The notes below the pieces were generated by a model, which was not told the origin of the DNA, searched no databases, and saw only the letters and a program-made list of their open reading frames with translations. A program made the position numbers and the translations under genes. Below are positions 13,258 to 25,339 of a stretch of 64,000 bases of DNA, one piece after another. This DNA is from Octopus sinensis. Taxonomy: Eukaryota. The stretch covers positions 86,428,001 to 86,492,000 of the forward strand of contig NC_043005.1 in the NCBI RefSeq assembly GCF_006345805.1, read 5' to 3'. Each line of letters opens with the position of its first letter. Position 1 is the first letter of the stretch.

Positions 13258-13749
13258 CTAGCAGTATCGCCCGGCGTTGCTCGGGTTTGTAAGGGAAATA
13301 ACTAAATAAGCATTTTTAGAGAGTTACTTCCCTTATAGATGCCAATTCGGGCTTTCTTAGCCATTTCTGTTTTGGTGTCTTCAAGCCATGAAGTCGTTGT
13401 TCTAAAAGAACGCTTGTCTCCTTGACAACGCTTTACGACGTTGATTTCCTTACACTCCCTTCCCCACAGATTCACGAGGGAGGGAAGAAGGGGAAGCAAA
13501 CAGGTGCAGATGTGAGCGTGGACGCCAACTCCGCAGCCATCGACACACGAAAAATTATGCATTAAAATGGAATAAAAAATGATGTTAATTTTTTTTTTAA
13601 ATCGTAGACTCATTGTAGACGCGCGCTAATACTCAGACGAGCTCGATATGAATCACGACTATAAGATACCCGAATTTGGTTAAACTGCACCGCAAAATGT
13701 GGGAGTAGTTAGGAATCTAAATCGAAGGGGACAGACACACACAACTACA

Positions 13750-13780
<31 letters not shown>
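13258..13780 (-). mobile_element. Non-autonomous Helitron-like element
   Basis: Minus strand ends cccg-agcaacgc-cggg hairpin, 8 nt, CTAG|t (plus 13258-13285). The other end, gacagacacacacacaactacagtttt, runs into (TA)n. Confidence 0.7.
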
Positions 13781-13781
<1 letters not shown>

Positions 13782-13785
<4 letters not shown>

Positions 13786-14160
13786 CTTACTTGTACTTGA
13801 GGCGACATTCACCCTGGGTGGGTTGAGTCGGCTTCTTCTGCTCATGGAAGAAATTTTGTGGGAATATGTGGATTTCACAAGCGGTCCCCAACAATCCCGC
13901 ATGTAGAGACATCCTGTTTGCCGTAGATTGTCTGTAGACGCAGGGACAGAACGACCGAGGAGCCGCCGGTTGCCGAAGCAGACACTCCGAGGATTTTCAC
14001 CAGAGCCCCGTCTGCCGAGTTGTGGCCCTAATACCACTCGGTGTCAGACCAATCCGCCTTGGGTGGCCCTACCAGGAACCGAAGTTCCCGACGGCATAGC
14101 TCTGACACTACCCGTTGCAGCGTCCCCACCACGGTGAGGAGGGGATGGACTTTGGGGACG
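13782..14160 (+). mobile_element. GC-rich island, probable 5' region of a non-LTR retroelement
   Basis: Flanked by (TA)n on both sides. ggccctaccagg..cccgacggcatagctc..ccccaccacgg resembles LINE 5' UTR ends from memory; not confirmed. Confidence 0.35.
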
Positions 14161-14294
14161 CTATATATATATATATATGTATGTACGTATGTATGTATGT
14201 ATAAGAGGAATAACAATGCTACAGGAGAAAAGAATAAATTGGTTATATTTCTAAAATGCACAATACATTTTAACGATGTTTCCATGCGACGACT

Positions 14295-14356
14295 GCACTG
14301 AAGATATGCAAGCATTTGCATTCATAAATGTTTTACAGCGAAACCCAGGTATATGC
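14295..14356 (+). ncRNA. Type I hammerhead, slightly decayed
   Basis: gca-CTGAAGA-..aagcattt/aaatgttt..-GAAAC-CCAG-GTA-ta-tgc. Core intact; 2-nt TA insertion before stem I; base of stem II eroded. Confidence 0.6.
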
Positions 14357-15599
14357 TTTATCACCAAATTTTGTATGCATTTGTCTTGTGCATTTTACAT
14401 TCTGGCGTTTGCTGAAATTTCTTGAGAACACATTCTTCGTTGTAAGACGATTTAGCGTCTTCTTCTAACATATTAGGAATCGAACTTGGTGGTTATTTCT
14501 CTTAAATATGTATGTAATATAATTTCTGTATCTTTGGATTTTTAAGTATGATAGGCCATTAGTTTATATTGATATTAATTAATTATTATTACTTTCTTCC
14601 CTCATAATTTAACTTTATGTATATAAGGAGTGGTTTTGTGGTAAGTAGCTTGCTTACTACTAAGTTTTTGATGCGTTTTTTTTTTCTGCGCTGACAAAGT
14701 AACGTCGTTTGACGTTGAAACTGAAAATTTGAAGCACGACCATAGATAAAGCATTTGTTTTTTATTTTGTTAGAGGTGAGGGGCGGCTTAGTGAAGTCCG
14801 TTGTTCGTGTGGTTAATACTTTTTTCGAACAAGGCTCTCCACTGTGTTCCAGACATTTGTTTCCCAGTGGTCGTACTAAAAGTCTCACTTTTCAGTGAGA
14901 ATTGTGTTTTCGGGAGGTGAGTTTTTCCGAAAATTTATGATTTTATGTGACTGTGTGCACTTCGTGGCTTTTCCAATTGAAATACAACCAGACTTTTACC
15001 ATTTGGAGTACTTTGCCATATGGGGTACAACCAAGAATTTTTTGCTGCTATTTTTGTGCTGCAAAGGATTACCAGAATTGAATTTTGTTGTTATTTGAAC
15101 TGTCTTCGTTCTTTTTCTCTTGTCTGGCTTTCTGCTCATTTTTGTGTTTGCATTAGAGCCTTTTATTTGAACATTTTTGATTTTGTTGTGTACTTTTATA
15201 TTTTAGTTTATTTTATTAATGGCAACCAAATGTAAGAAAGCCTTGAAGTGGCGAATTGTGGCCTCCAAGGAGCGGTTAAAAAACTATGATGAGAGAACAG
15301 TATTGTTGCGGACCTATTGCAAGGACCGGGACACCATCTGTGTATTCCCACAGAGTGCAAATTGAAGAAGAGTTGGCGGGATTTGAGCCAACTTATAGGT
15401 TCATCCGTAGAGTTTCACTCTGCTAAGTTTATTATGTTACAAATTGTAATTTCAAATCCAAGAAATTTAATATTTCCATTCAGAGCCGAATGCTTTTATT
15501 GGTTTCTTCCAACATTCAATTGACATCTTCCAGCCAGACCGTGCATGGGTTACAATAAGTAATTGCAATTAGGGTTTCAGCACTTATGTATTTGTTAAT

Positions 15600-16790
15600 A
15601 TCAATGATGAAGTTGAGGTGGCAAGCTACCTGGATCGTTTACACTCTGTGCAAAGTGCTTAGTGGTATTTAGTTCGTCATTACTTTCGGAGTTCGAATCC
15701 CACCGAGATCCACTTTGCCTTTCATCCTTTCGAAGTCGATGAAATAAATCCCAGTTGATTACTGGAGTCGATGGGGTTGACGTACCTCCCAAATTGTTGA
15801 CATTTAGTCAAAATAAGAAACCATTACCAAGGATGAGGTTAAATAGTTCCCATGGAGGTATTTATGACAGATGAATAAGACATACTGGAGTCTACTCAAA
15901 TGTGAAGAAGCGTGAACTTGCGGACTGTGTACAACGATTCCTAGAACGTTGCATTCTTGAGCAAGTCACTTCATTTAACGTTGGTGCAGTTCACTCAGTT
16001 ATATCTGAGGAACACAAAGACGGTGCAGTATCTTGATCAAAGGGAATGTTGTGGTCTCGGTCACTCATACGAATAACCGAGTAACCATCCCTATTTGTCT
16101 CCGGATTTGAAACAGTACTTAATATAACTATTATAATGGCACCGAATACTGGCAGAATCGTTAGCACGTGGGCGAAATGCTTATCCGCATTCCATCCGTA
16201 TTTATGTTTTGAGTTCAAATTCTTTTCATCGTTTCGCGGTTGATAAAATAAGTACCAGTCTAGCAGTGGAGGTCGATGTAATCGATATAATCCCACCCAT
16301 CCCACCCTCAGAATTGCTGACCTTGTGCCGAAATTTCAATATGATATAATCCGTATACTAAAAATGCTTCAAGACGGAACAAAGCTGCAACAGCACATAT
16401 CTATCTAATTTATGGCACATTTGTTTACATAACTTTACTTATTTTTGTGAAAATAGTTAAGTCACAAAGCAATGGTTGATGGATGGTGCGTTATGGTTTT
16501 AATGAAGAGTGCTTCCAGAAGTAAAGGTATTTGCCTCGGAACTGTACAAAATACGACAAACAACGAAGTAGGTTGTACATGAAGTACAAAAGACAAAGGT
16601 AGCATTTATATTGGTTACAAATTTTGACACAAAGTCAGTACCTTCTGGGGTGAGGTTTAATCGATCACAACGACCCCAGTAATAAACTGCAACTTACCTT
16701 ATTGAGCCTCGAAAGGAGCAAATGCAAAGTCGACCTCGGCGGTTTTGAAATTGGAAAGTAAAGGCGAACGAAATGTCGCTAAGCTATCAA
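15600..16790. mobile_element. Three degenerate SINE family A fragments (about 15600-15800 +, 16145-16335 +, 16660-16790 -)
   Basis: ctttgcctttcatcctttcg, ctggcagaatcgttagcacg and gcaaagtcgacctcggcgg motifs. Confidence 0.7.
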
Positions 16791-17191
16791 TTCTTTTCTA
16801 CTCTAGGTAAAAGGCCCGAAAGTTTTGTGGGGGGGGGGTACCAGTCGATTAGATTGACTCCCGTACGCAACAGGTACTTAATTCATCGATCCCGAAAGGA
16901 TGAAAAGCAAAGTCGACATCGGCAGAATTTGAACTCAGAACGTAAAGACAGACGAAATATCTATTTCTTTACTACCCTCAAGGGGATAAAAACAGAGAGG
17001 ACAAACAAGGACAGACAAACGAATTAAGTCGATTATATCTACCCCAGTGCGTAACTGGTACTTATTTAATCGGCCCCGAAAGGATGAAAGGCAAAGTCGA
17101 CTCGGCGGAATTTTACCTCAGAACGTAGCGGCAGACGAAATAGGGCTACGCATTTAGCCTGGCGTGCTAACGTTTCTGCCAGCTTACTGCC
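16791..17191 (-). mobile_element. Dimeric SINE (family A)
   Basis: Same two-body layout as 11482, with junction gacgaaatat|ctatttctttactacc at 16960. Confidence 0.9.
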
Positions 17192-17629
17192 TTACACCAA
17201 CGGAAAATTAATATTGCTGCTAATGCATAGAACTTTAAAAAGGATTTGCAGCAATTATATCGAAACCAAGGAATTTTACTCATATTCTATAATGTAGTCA
17301 TGCAAAGTCATCATTCGCTAAACGATAAATTATTTTACTGCATTTAACATGTGCACTTCGTTTCTGTTTGAGCATATCGTTTTTCACCCAGACCTGATAT
17401 CAATACACGCACATCCAACATTTATGTATATACGCGTATATGTATGTATTGCATGACTTCATATAGTGAATTTGTATTCATACTTTCGCAGACACACACA
17501 CACATACACTCACACACAAAGTCACATTACATTCATATATATACATGCATGCATATATATATATATATATATTTATAAACATATCTATATGTGTACCCCG
17601 CCCCCTCTCTCTCTCATACAGATTCATAC

Positions 17630-18715
17630 AAACTTAGTTAAACTTAGATATTTTTCGACCGAAGATGTCTAACTTAATAGCACCACCTGACAGGATTATC
17701 TAAATCCTTTCAAAGCCAAGATTCGTGGTATCATGGTCCATTCAAGTAGTGAGTTCTTGTTGAGTGAGTTGTATCCAGTTATAGGTGGCTTATCTGGTAT
17801 TCCTTGAAGAAATTTGTCCAGACTCTCTTTAAAGGTGAAGGGGTCCTTCTCTTCTTTGATTAGTCTTGGGGTTGGGGCAGAGACTGTTGAGGAAAATAAA
17901 ACGTGTCGCAGTGTACCTATATGTTGTAATACTAAATTGGGCAGGGGGCATATGGCTCGTGGTCCCAGCCTTGGATGAACCTTCAAACTAATGTTCAGGT
18001 TGTTTGGGCAATGCTGGCGTCGTATTCTCTACATCGCGGCGGTGCTGGAGAGAATAGAGTTTCAATGCTTTAAGACGGTCCCAGGAACCGAGATCAGTCA
18101 TGCCCTTAATTCGTTTAGTGAATGCCCTTTTGGGTGATTCAATTTTCGAGATGCTTTGTCTTATATGGGGAGACCACAAGGGGCATCAGTATTCGAAATG
18201 TGACCGTGTAAATGAGGTAAAAAGTGGAATGATGACACCTTGTTCTCTGGACCGGAAGATTCTTAAGATCCAGGAGCTCATCCTACGAGCAATATCGACC
18301 GTATTGTTTATGTGGGCACTCCAACTGAGATTGTTAGCAATAATTACACCTAGGTCTCTGATATTACTAGATGCTATGAGCGGTTCCCCTGAAGGAAGAT
18401 AGTATGGCTGTTTCAATATTGTCTTCCAAAATGCATCAGCTCAAATATTCCTTCGTTTAGTTGCATTTTGTTTTTGTCTGCTCATTGACTCACAGCATAT
18501 AGGTCAGACTGGAGTTGAGTTCGGTCTGCTTCTTCATTGATGATTTGCTGGAGCTAAGTATCATCAGCAAATATCTTCACTTTGCAGTGATTTACGACGC
18601 TAGAAAGGTCGTTTATGTAGATTACAAAGAGGAGCGGGCCCAAGACAGTCCTCTGTGAGACACCACTGGTGACTTTTTCTGGGCTTCAATGGGGTCCGTC
18701 AACATCGACCACAGC
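17630..18715 (-). mobile_element. 5'-truncated CR1/L2-type LINE (RT domain to 3' end), pseudogenised
   Basis: Across frameshifts: TSGVSQRTVLGPLLFVIYINDL..KIFADDT, RDLGVIIANNLSWSAHIN, WSPH..ISKIE..RAFTKRI, FKESLDKFLQGIPDKP; short ctaagttt tail repeats. Confidence 0.92.
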
Positions 18716-18735
18716 ATATATATATATATCCCACC

Positions 18736-18786
18736 GTCTCTGATGAAGGAATATTATTAATTAATATCTTAGAACAGGTGTAAGAC
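18736..18786 (+). ncRNA. Type I hammerhead, one core A deleted
   Basis: gtct-CTGATGA-a-gga-atatta/taatat..-aGAAC-AGGT-GTA-agac; stem I gtct/agac. Tail homologous to the tail of 36526. Confidence 0.65.
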
Positions 18787-18854
18787 CTATCTATAAATGC
18801 TCTAATATCTATACAGCCTTGGTTTTTTTTATCTTATTACGCAAAAATTCTTAT

Positions 18855-18912
<58 letters not shown>

Positions 18913-20169
18913 CAAAGAGAATGATAAATAGATGCATAGACAGATAGATAAATAGAAAGACAGATATAATACAGCGTTTTTTTTTTTTTGCAGATTAATG
19001 TTTGCGATTCCTCAGAAAACTATCGGTAAAAAAAATAAACAATCTACTTAGTAGAAGCTAATCTATAGAATCAATAGAATCGAACGCGCTCTTTGGCGTT
19101 TGAAATCTAGATTTCGTAACCGCTGAGCAAAACTACGCTGATATAATACACTATATACACAAAGACGCTGCATTGCTTTTTATTGAAATACTGGAAATTG
19201 AGCTGGCTTGGAGGTAAGCAGTTGATTCATCCCCCTACGAGGTTTCATATTGTATAACATCTCAACTATCCATTTAACATAAAAACCGACACGCTATGTG
19301 GATCATAATGAAAGGCAAAACAGGGGAAAACATAGAAGAAAGTTTGTGATATCTGACACTACAAGCTATGGTGTGAACTACAAAGAACAGCAATATACAC
19401 AGTAGAAAAACTGAAGAGACGACAATAATTGAAATCATGCATATACATCCAAATATATTAATATGCATAAATATATATATATTAATATATATATATATAT
19501 ATATATATTTACATATACATACAAACATATAAATATACATATACGTATTTGCATATACATATTTACATATACATATATATATATAACGTAATATAATAAA
19601 GTGCAATATATGTATAGGTAGACACACATATTATATGTGCGTACATACACATACAGACACGTGAACCCATACAGACACACACCGCACACATATATATAAC
19701 TGACGACATTGTGTTAAGTTAATTTTCTATCAATTACGAAATAACATCATTTTGCTTCGTGTTTGTCACATATTATCCGATCATATTTATTGTAATGTCA
19801 TAAAGAATTAAGCTAGTTATATAGACTATCCTTGCATGGGAACAAACAGAGACAGACAGACAAATACGCACACACATACCCTCCATCCATACAACCGCAC
19901 ACCCATAGGCCCACCCCTACACATGAACAAACCCACAGTTCTTGGTTCCCTTGGTTTGAAGGTAATAAGACAATTTTGTTAGGTTCAGCTCATATACATT
20001 CAACCATCGCTTCTAAATGTGTATTGTGTGTATTTCTTGTCATTATATACAGTCATATATAAATAAATAAATAAATAAACATAAATATATGTATGTGTGT
20101 GTCTGTGTGTGTGTGTCTGTCTGTGTGTGTGTGTGTGTGCGTGTGTGTGTTTGTGCGTGTGTGTGTGTG

Positions 20170-20470
20170 TGTACAGAAAACAAAAAAAATGGAACGAGAA
20201 CGTATCAGGCGACAACAAAACATCCGGATGGTTAGACGATACAAAAATAGGACAGGAAAAAACAAGGATGGGTCATTCGGAGCGTCCAATTCTCAGTTGA
20301 GTTCCAGACCATCTTTGCAGTTTCGCCCGGTTACACTCCAGACTGCTCCAATCTGGTCGGCCCCAAGAAAATCTATGCTAAGAGCACTAGACTCCCTGGA
20401 AGAAAGCAAGTGAATGTATACGAAAAGGACGAAAAAAAACCGGAGAAATGGTACACAATTACAAATACAA
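20170..20470 (-). mobile_element. Probable PLE-type terminal fragment with a divergent hammerhead-like junction
   Basis: Minus 20358-20307: gacca-GATTGGA-gc...gc-GAAAC-tgcaaagA-tggtc (5-bp stem I, GAAAC, but non-canonical core). The tail ends at (TG)n. Confidence 0.35.
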
Positions 20471-20559
20471 ACAACTGGATTTTAACAACAGGTGTCTTTC
20501 GAGAAAGGACGAATTAACTTGATGTTAAAATTAACAAAAAGGTCATTTCAATTGATTTT

Positions 20560-20730
20560 TTAATGGATTTGCGGGGTGTCTGGGGAAATGTAAAGATATG
20601 CACGACCACCCTTGGACGGTTTTGAATGACCATAGAAAGCGCGAGCCCTCTGACTGAAAAATTGTGGATTTGTATAAAGGACAAGCACACAGACATACAG
20701 ACATTTTGCCGTTTATATATATATATATAT
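20560..20730 (-). mobile_element. Helitron-like 5' fragment
   Basis: ...cacagacatacagacattttgccgtttatatata end has the same style as 13730-13780. Confidence 0.4.
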
Positions 20731-21628
20731 ATACTAGTCTCAGACACATCTTGCTTATTGCCAATAGTGGGTTTCACCTTCATTCTATATGGCAAAGGAG
20801 AAATTTATTAGTTTTATCTAATTGGAATTGAGTTAAATAATTGCGAGAAAAAATATAATGAAACAATTGATTTTCGCATCACCATCAATTAGTCGCTATG
20901 TTTGTTAGAACTTATCCTGAACGAAACTTATCAAATCTTTCCGCAGTTTATTCCCTATGAAGCTCATATATTAGTCTGTCAGATAGCTCTGTTCGACAAT
21001 TTGCCTCCCCCCCCCCACACACACAAACATATTTATTTTCCTCAGTTTCTCCCAAATTTCAAATGCGGTAAACAACGGATGTACATAAAAAAGAGTGCTA
21101 GAGAAACTCATAAACCACCATGATAGAAATAATTCGCTCAACCTCGGAAAGTAACGATCGAATTTATATAACAAACAAATATGTCGTAAGTGGGCTACAT
21201 CTAAGTGTCTTAGTTTTTCCTCCATTTTACAATTCCATTTACTACTGTAAATATCATCTTTTTTTTACCAAATTATAGAGCTCTCTGATTATTTTCTATT
21301 CTACATATATGGCACCGAATGACTTTCACAATACATTGCATAATAATTGTCTTGAAGGTATTTCTGAAACCCACGCAAAAAAATGTAGTAATTAAAATAA
21401 TTTGTCTAGCTTCCCATTGTTATTTAATCAAAATATACACAAGATTACGTTTGAATATATATATATATATATAAATGTGTATATGCATATGCATATACAT
21501 ATATTTATAAATAAATATGTATGTATATCTACATATATATATGTATGTATATATATATATATAATATATATATATTATATATATATATATATATTATATA
21601 TATATATACATGTATATATGCTTATGTA

Positions 21629-21659
<31 letters not shown>

Positions 21660-22250
21660 TCTTCTTTATAGTGGTGCTCGATACAATATAGCAATATATC
21701 CTAACGGCCGTATTAGGGATGCATACATAAACACACACACATACGCGCGCGCACACACCGATGCACACACACCCCGACGCACACACACGTACATATATAT
21801 ATACATATACATATTTGTATATACACTTTTATATACGTGCACACACACAAAGAACGAAATAATGAAGACACACAAAACCTATCTCTTTAGTTATACCATA
21901 TTTTCTTTACACGGCTTTCAGTAATAGTTTAAAGACGTCTGTTACAAAATGTCTTGTGAAAAGTCATTCGGTGCCTCATATTCAGAATAGAATATCGTGA
22001 AAAAAAACATTGCACTTTGCCCCCGCCCCTCAAAAAAAATTAGTTAGTATTTTGAGTAATTATGTAAAATAGACAAACTAAACGATAATTAATGTTACAG
22101 CTCACTATGAATATATTCAAATTTATCATTTGACCGCGGCCATGCTGGGGCACCACTTTGGAGTTGAAGAAATCGATCCAGTACATTTTTCCCCAAGTCT
22201 TTTTTTAACGAAAGGCTAAATTACAGGACGTAGACAAACCAACACTGATT

Positions 22251-22641
22251 TATTTCTTTATAGACCACAGAGTGCTAAACATAGAAGGGACAAACAAGGA
22301 CAGACAAGGGGATTAAGTCGATTACATCGACCCCAGTGATTAACTGGTATTTAATTTATCGACTCCGAATGGACGAAGGGCAAAGTCAACCTCGGCGGAA
22401 TTTGAACTCAGAACTTAACGGCAGACGAAATACCTATTTCTTTACTACCCACAAGGGGCTAAACACAGAGAGGACAAACTAGGACAGACAAACGGATTAA
22501 ATCGATTACATCGACCCCAATGCGTAACTGGTACTTATTTAATCGACCCCGAAAGGATGAAAGGCAAAGTCGACCTCGGCGAAAGTTGAACACAGAATGT
22601 ACCGGCTGACGAAATTCCGTTAGGTATTTAGCCCGGCGTTA
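22251..22641 (-). mobile_element. Dimeric SINE (family A)
   Basis: Two bodies; junction gacgaaatac|ctatttctttactaccc at 22433. Confidence 0.9.
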
Positions 22642-23070
22642 GACACCTTCCATCTACCAAATCCACTCGCAATCCTTATAGTTCGGTCGTGATCTATATT
22701 AGAATACCCTTGCCCAGGATGGCACACAGTGGAACAGAATGAGATAGTCTGGGGTTGGGGAAGCAAATATTTTATCACACGGCCATTCCAGCGCCTGCAA
22801 AACTAATATTTAGAATTATTCGGAGACTTAGCACCGGGGTAAAGAAGCTCGTTTTGTAACCACGACGCTTCAGGTTCAGTTCCCCAGCGTGACACTTTGT
22901 AGAGTGTGATTTATTAAATTTCTGGACACAAATCCTATATTCTTAGCGATTGTGGTAAAAGGAAAGTGCGTGGAAGCATGTTGTATATATATATATATAT
23001 ATATGTATATATAGTCTTAGGTCGTCCTGTGCGCTTAAGGCTTGTCGCTCAATGTATTTACTTCCCCCTG

Positions 23071-23403
23071 TGAGGGCGCGTGGCTTAGTGGTTAGGGCAT
23101 TCGGCTCATGATCGTAAGGTTGTGAGTTCGATTCCCGGCGACGCGTTGTGTCCTTGAGCAAGACACTTTATTTCACGTTGCTCCAGTCCACTCAGCTGGC
23201 AAAAATGAGTTGTACTTGTATTTCAAAGGGTCAGCCTTGTCACTCTCTGTGTCACGCTGATTTTCCCCGAGAACTACGTTAAGGGTACACGTGTCTGTGG
23301 AATGCTCAGCCATTTGCACGTTAATTTCACGAGCAAGCTGTTCCGTTGATCGTATCAGCTGGGACCCTCGTCGTCGTAACCGGCGGAGTCTTTTTTAAAT
23401 GAA
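23071..23403 (+). mobile_element. Full-length tRNA-derived SINE (family C) with 15-bp TSD
   Basis: A box tggcttagtgg, B box gagttcgattcc. TSD atttacttccccctg (23056-23070) / atttacttccccttg (23404-23418). Confidence 0.93.
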
Positions 23404-23772
23404 ATTTACTTCCCCTTGACCATATTTTTGCACACACATGTTAAACCCTAAACTAAACCTATGAAATTTTTCTTTGCTGTTAGAGATCTTTCCTTGCTCT
23501 CTTATTTTAAGCACATAACATATTAACTCTGTTCTTTTATTTTGTTTCTCTCTTCCTTTGTTTATTTATTATATTTTATATTGCACACGTAAGTATTTTA
23601 TCCCCTGAATTAAAAAGAAAACTATATAATTTTTTGTTTGGTATGAGATATTTTTCGTTGCTCTCTTATTTATATACAAAACATATCAATTCTATATTTA
23701 AGAGATAGGAATTATATACATTATTTACATTATTTACATTTGACGAGTATTCGTCCTCATCTTGTTTTTGTT

Positions 23773-23818
23773 AACACAACGTTTCGGCAGATATACCCTC
23801 CAGCCTTCATCAGATGTC
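23773..23818 (-). ncRNA. Minimal type I hammerhead, intact core
   Basis: gacat-CTGATGA-a-ggctg-gagggtatat-ctgcc-GAAAC-GTT-gtgtt. Stem I gacat/gtgtt, ACGT palindrome, GUU triplet. Confidence 0.85.
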
Positions 23819-24024
23819 TTGCGGAAATTTCGAACCTGGGTTCATATTCCTAAGGTATTTTTCGATGTTATTATTATTATTATCATTATTATTATTATTA
23901 TTATCATTATTATTATTATTATTATTATTATTGTTGTTGTTGTTGTTGTTGTTATTATTCATGTGACTGCCTGGAATCGAACTCGGAATCTTGGGTTTAG
24001 TAGTTCGCTTAACCACTACGTCAT

Positions 24025-24065
24025 ATGATGAAGGCTGGAGGGTATATCAGCCGAAACGTTGTGTT
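24025..24065 (+). ncRNA. Inverted hammerhead copy truncated at C3
   Basis: aTGATGA-a-ggctg-gagggtatat-cagcc-GAAAC-GTT-gtgtt. Perfect stem II; starts at the junction with the tRNA head. Confidence 0.7.
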
Positions 24066-24599
24066 AACAACAAATATGAGGACAAATATCCGTCAAATGT
24101 AAATAATGTAAATAACATATCAACTCCGTTGTTTTATTTTGTTTCTTTATTTATTACTTTCTACATTGCCGTTAATGATCCTTAAATGAATGAAACGTAC
24201 TTATTTTCAAACGCGGTAATAAGTTACCCTCAATAAGATATCTGTTTATGGCCATGAAACACTTTTCGTCAAATTTCGAAATTTTCCAAAAGTTTAAAAT
24301 CTGTATTAATGGGTAGGACCAATTTCACGAGTCTCATAACTGTCGTCATTATTGTTGTGAATGTGTGTAAAATAGCGAAATTTTACGTTCTGGGGCAGAT
24401 TTCGGCAAATTGATGTCACGACAGCTAGTGCACAAAATGCCTAAATTTGGCTTGAGAAATAAAATGCTCTTACCTAATCAAAACCGAAACACTGGGGAAT
24501 TGAAACAACGAATTGAAATAATAAGTTTTTTCAAATCAAAACAATTCGCACTGAAATGAAGAATTAGCAAATGCTAAATAGATTACCGTTAATAAGCTG

Positions 24600-24836
24600 T
24601 CTGCTTCTACCCAGGAAACGTTTTTCGTCAAATTGACGATTTCTGAAAATTCGATGCTGATTAAAAGTCGATTTTTAAAAAATTCCAAGTGCGTAAGTGA
24701 CCAGATGGGCATAACTCCCCCACCCCAGACACACACACACACGTGTCACGTTTGCTCAAGATCTGTTGGATAGCCTAGGAGGAGTTAAAGTAACAAATTC
24801 ACAAACACACAAAATTGCCATTCATTAATATAGATA
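24600..24836 (-). mobile_element. Helitron-like 5' fragment
   Basis: Plus ends cacacaaaattgccattcattaatataga|t, i.e. a|TCTATATTAATG on minus (a TC 5' terminus). No 3' end found. Confidence 0.45.
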
Positions 24837-24841
24837 TGACC

Positions 24842-25057
24842 GGCGTTGAGCTGGCAGAAACATTAACGCGCCAGGCGAAATGCTTAGCTGTATTTCGTCT
24901 GTCGTTACGTTCTGCGTTCAAACTCCGCCTTTCATCCTTTCGGGGTCGATAAATAAAGTACCAGTTTCGCAATGGGGTCGATGTAATCGACTTTATTCCT
25001 TTGTCTGTCCTTGTTTGTACCCTCTATGTTTAGCCCCTTGAGGGTAGTAAAGAAATA
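24842..25057 (+). mobile_element. SINE (family A), monomer
   Basis: gagctggcagaaac..gcgttcaaactcc..ctttcatcctttcggggtcgat..gggtagtaaagaaata. Confidence 0.9.
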
Positions 25058-25339
25058 TGGACTCTCCTTAACTTATTAGATAAATACAAAATAGATTTAG
25101 GGGTGTCAGTTTTTGTTTTACCAGAGTAAAAACGTATAATAAATACATTTATTTACTATTGTATTTTTATTCTTATTGAACTCTATTTGAACACAAAAAT
25201 GTAATGGTATATCTTTATTCTATCTTAGACGATATTCTACTTTATAGTGATTCATTTATTTTAATTAACATTTTAAAAGTCTGAATCGAAATAGGTGTCA
25301 GGGATTATGTCTATGTTTGTAATAAATAAATATCACACC

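Larger units (their letters stand above)
23693..24115 (-). mobile_element. Composite element: tRNA-derived head + (AAY)n + hammerhead-bearing PLE-type tail, with inverted tail copy
   Basis: Minus: A box tgacgtagtgg (24023-24013), B box gagttcgattcc, (AAT/AAC)n 23960-23868, body, HHR 23818-23773, tail. About 90-bp inverted repeat 23718-23812 / 24026-24115. Confidence 0.8.

Noticed and set aside
13790-13900. HDV-like ribozyme at a putative LINE 5' end
   Set aside because: Could not build P1/P3/L3 with the required sequence by eye.
19390-19425. CTGAAGA...GAAAT candidate
   Set aside because: No stem I or stem II.
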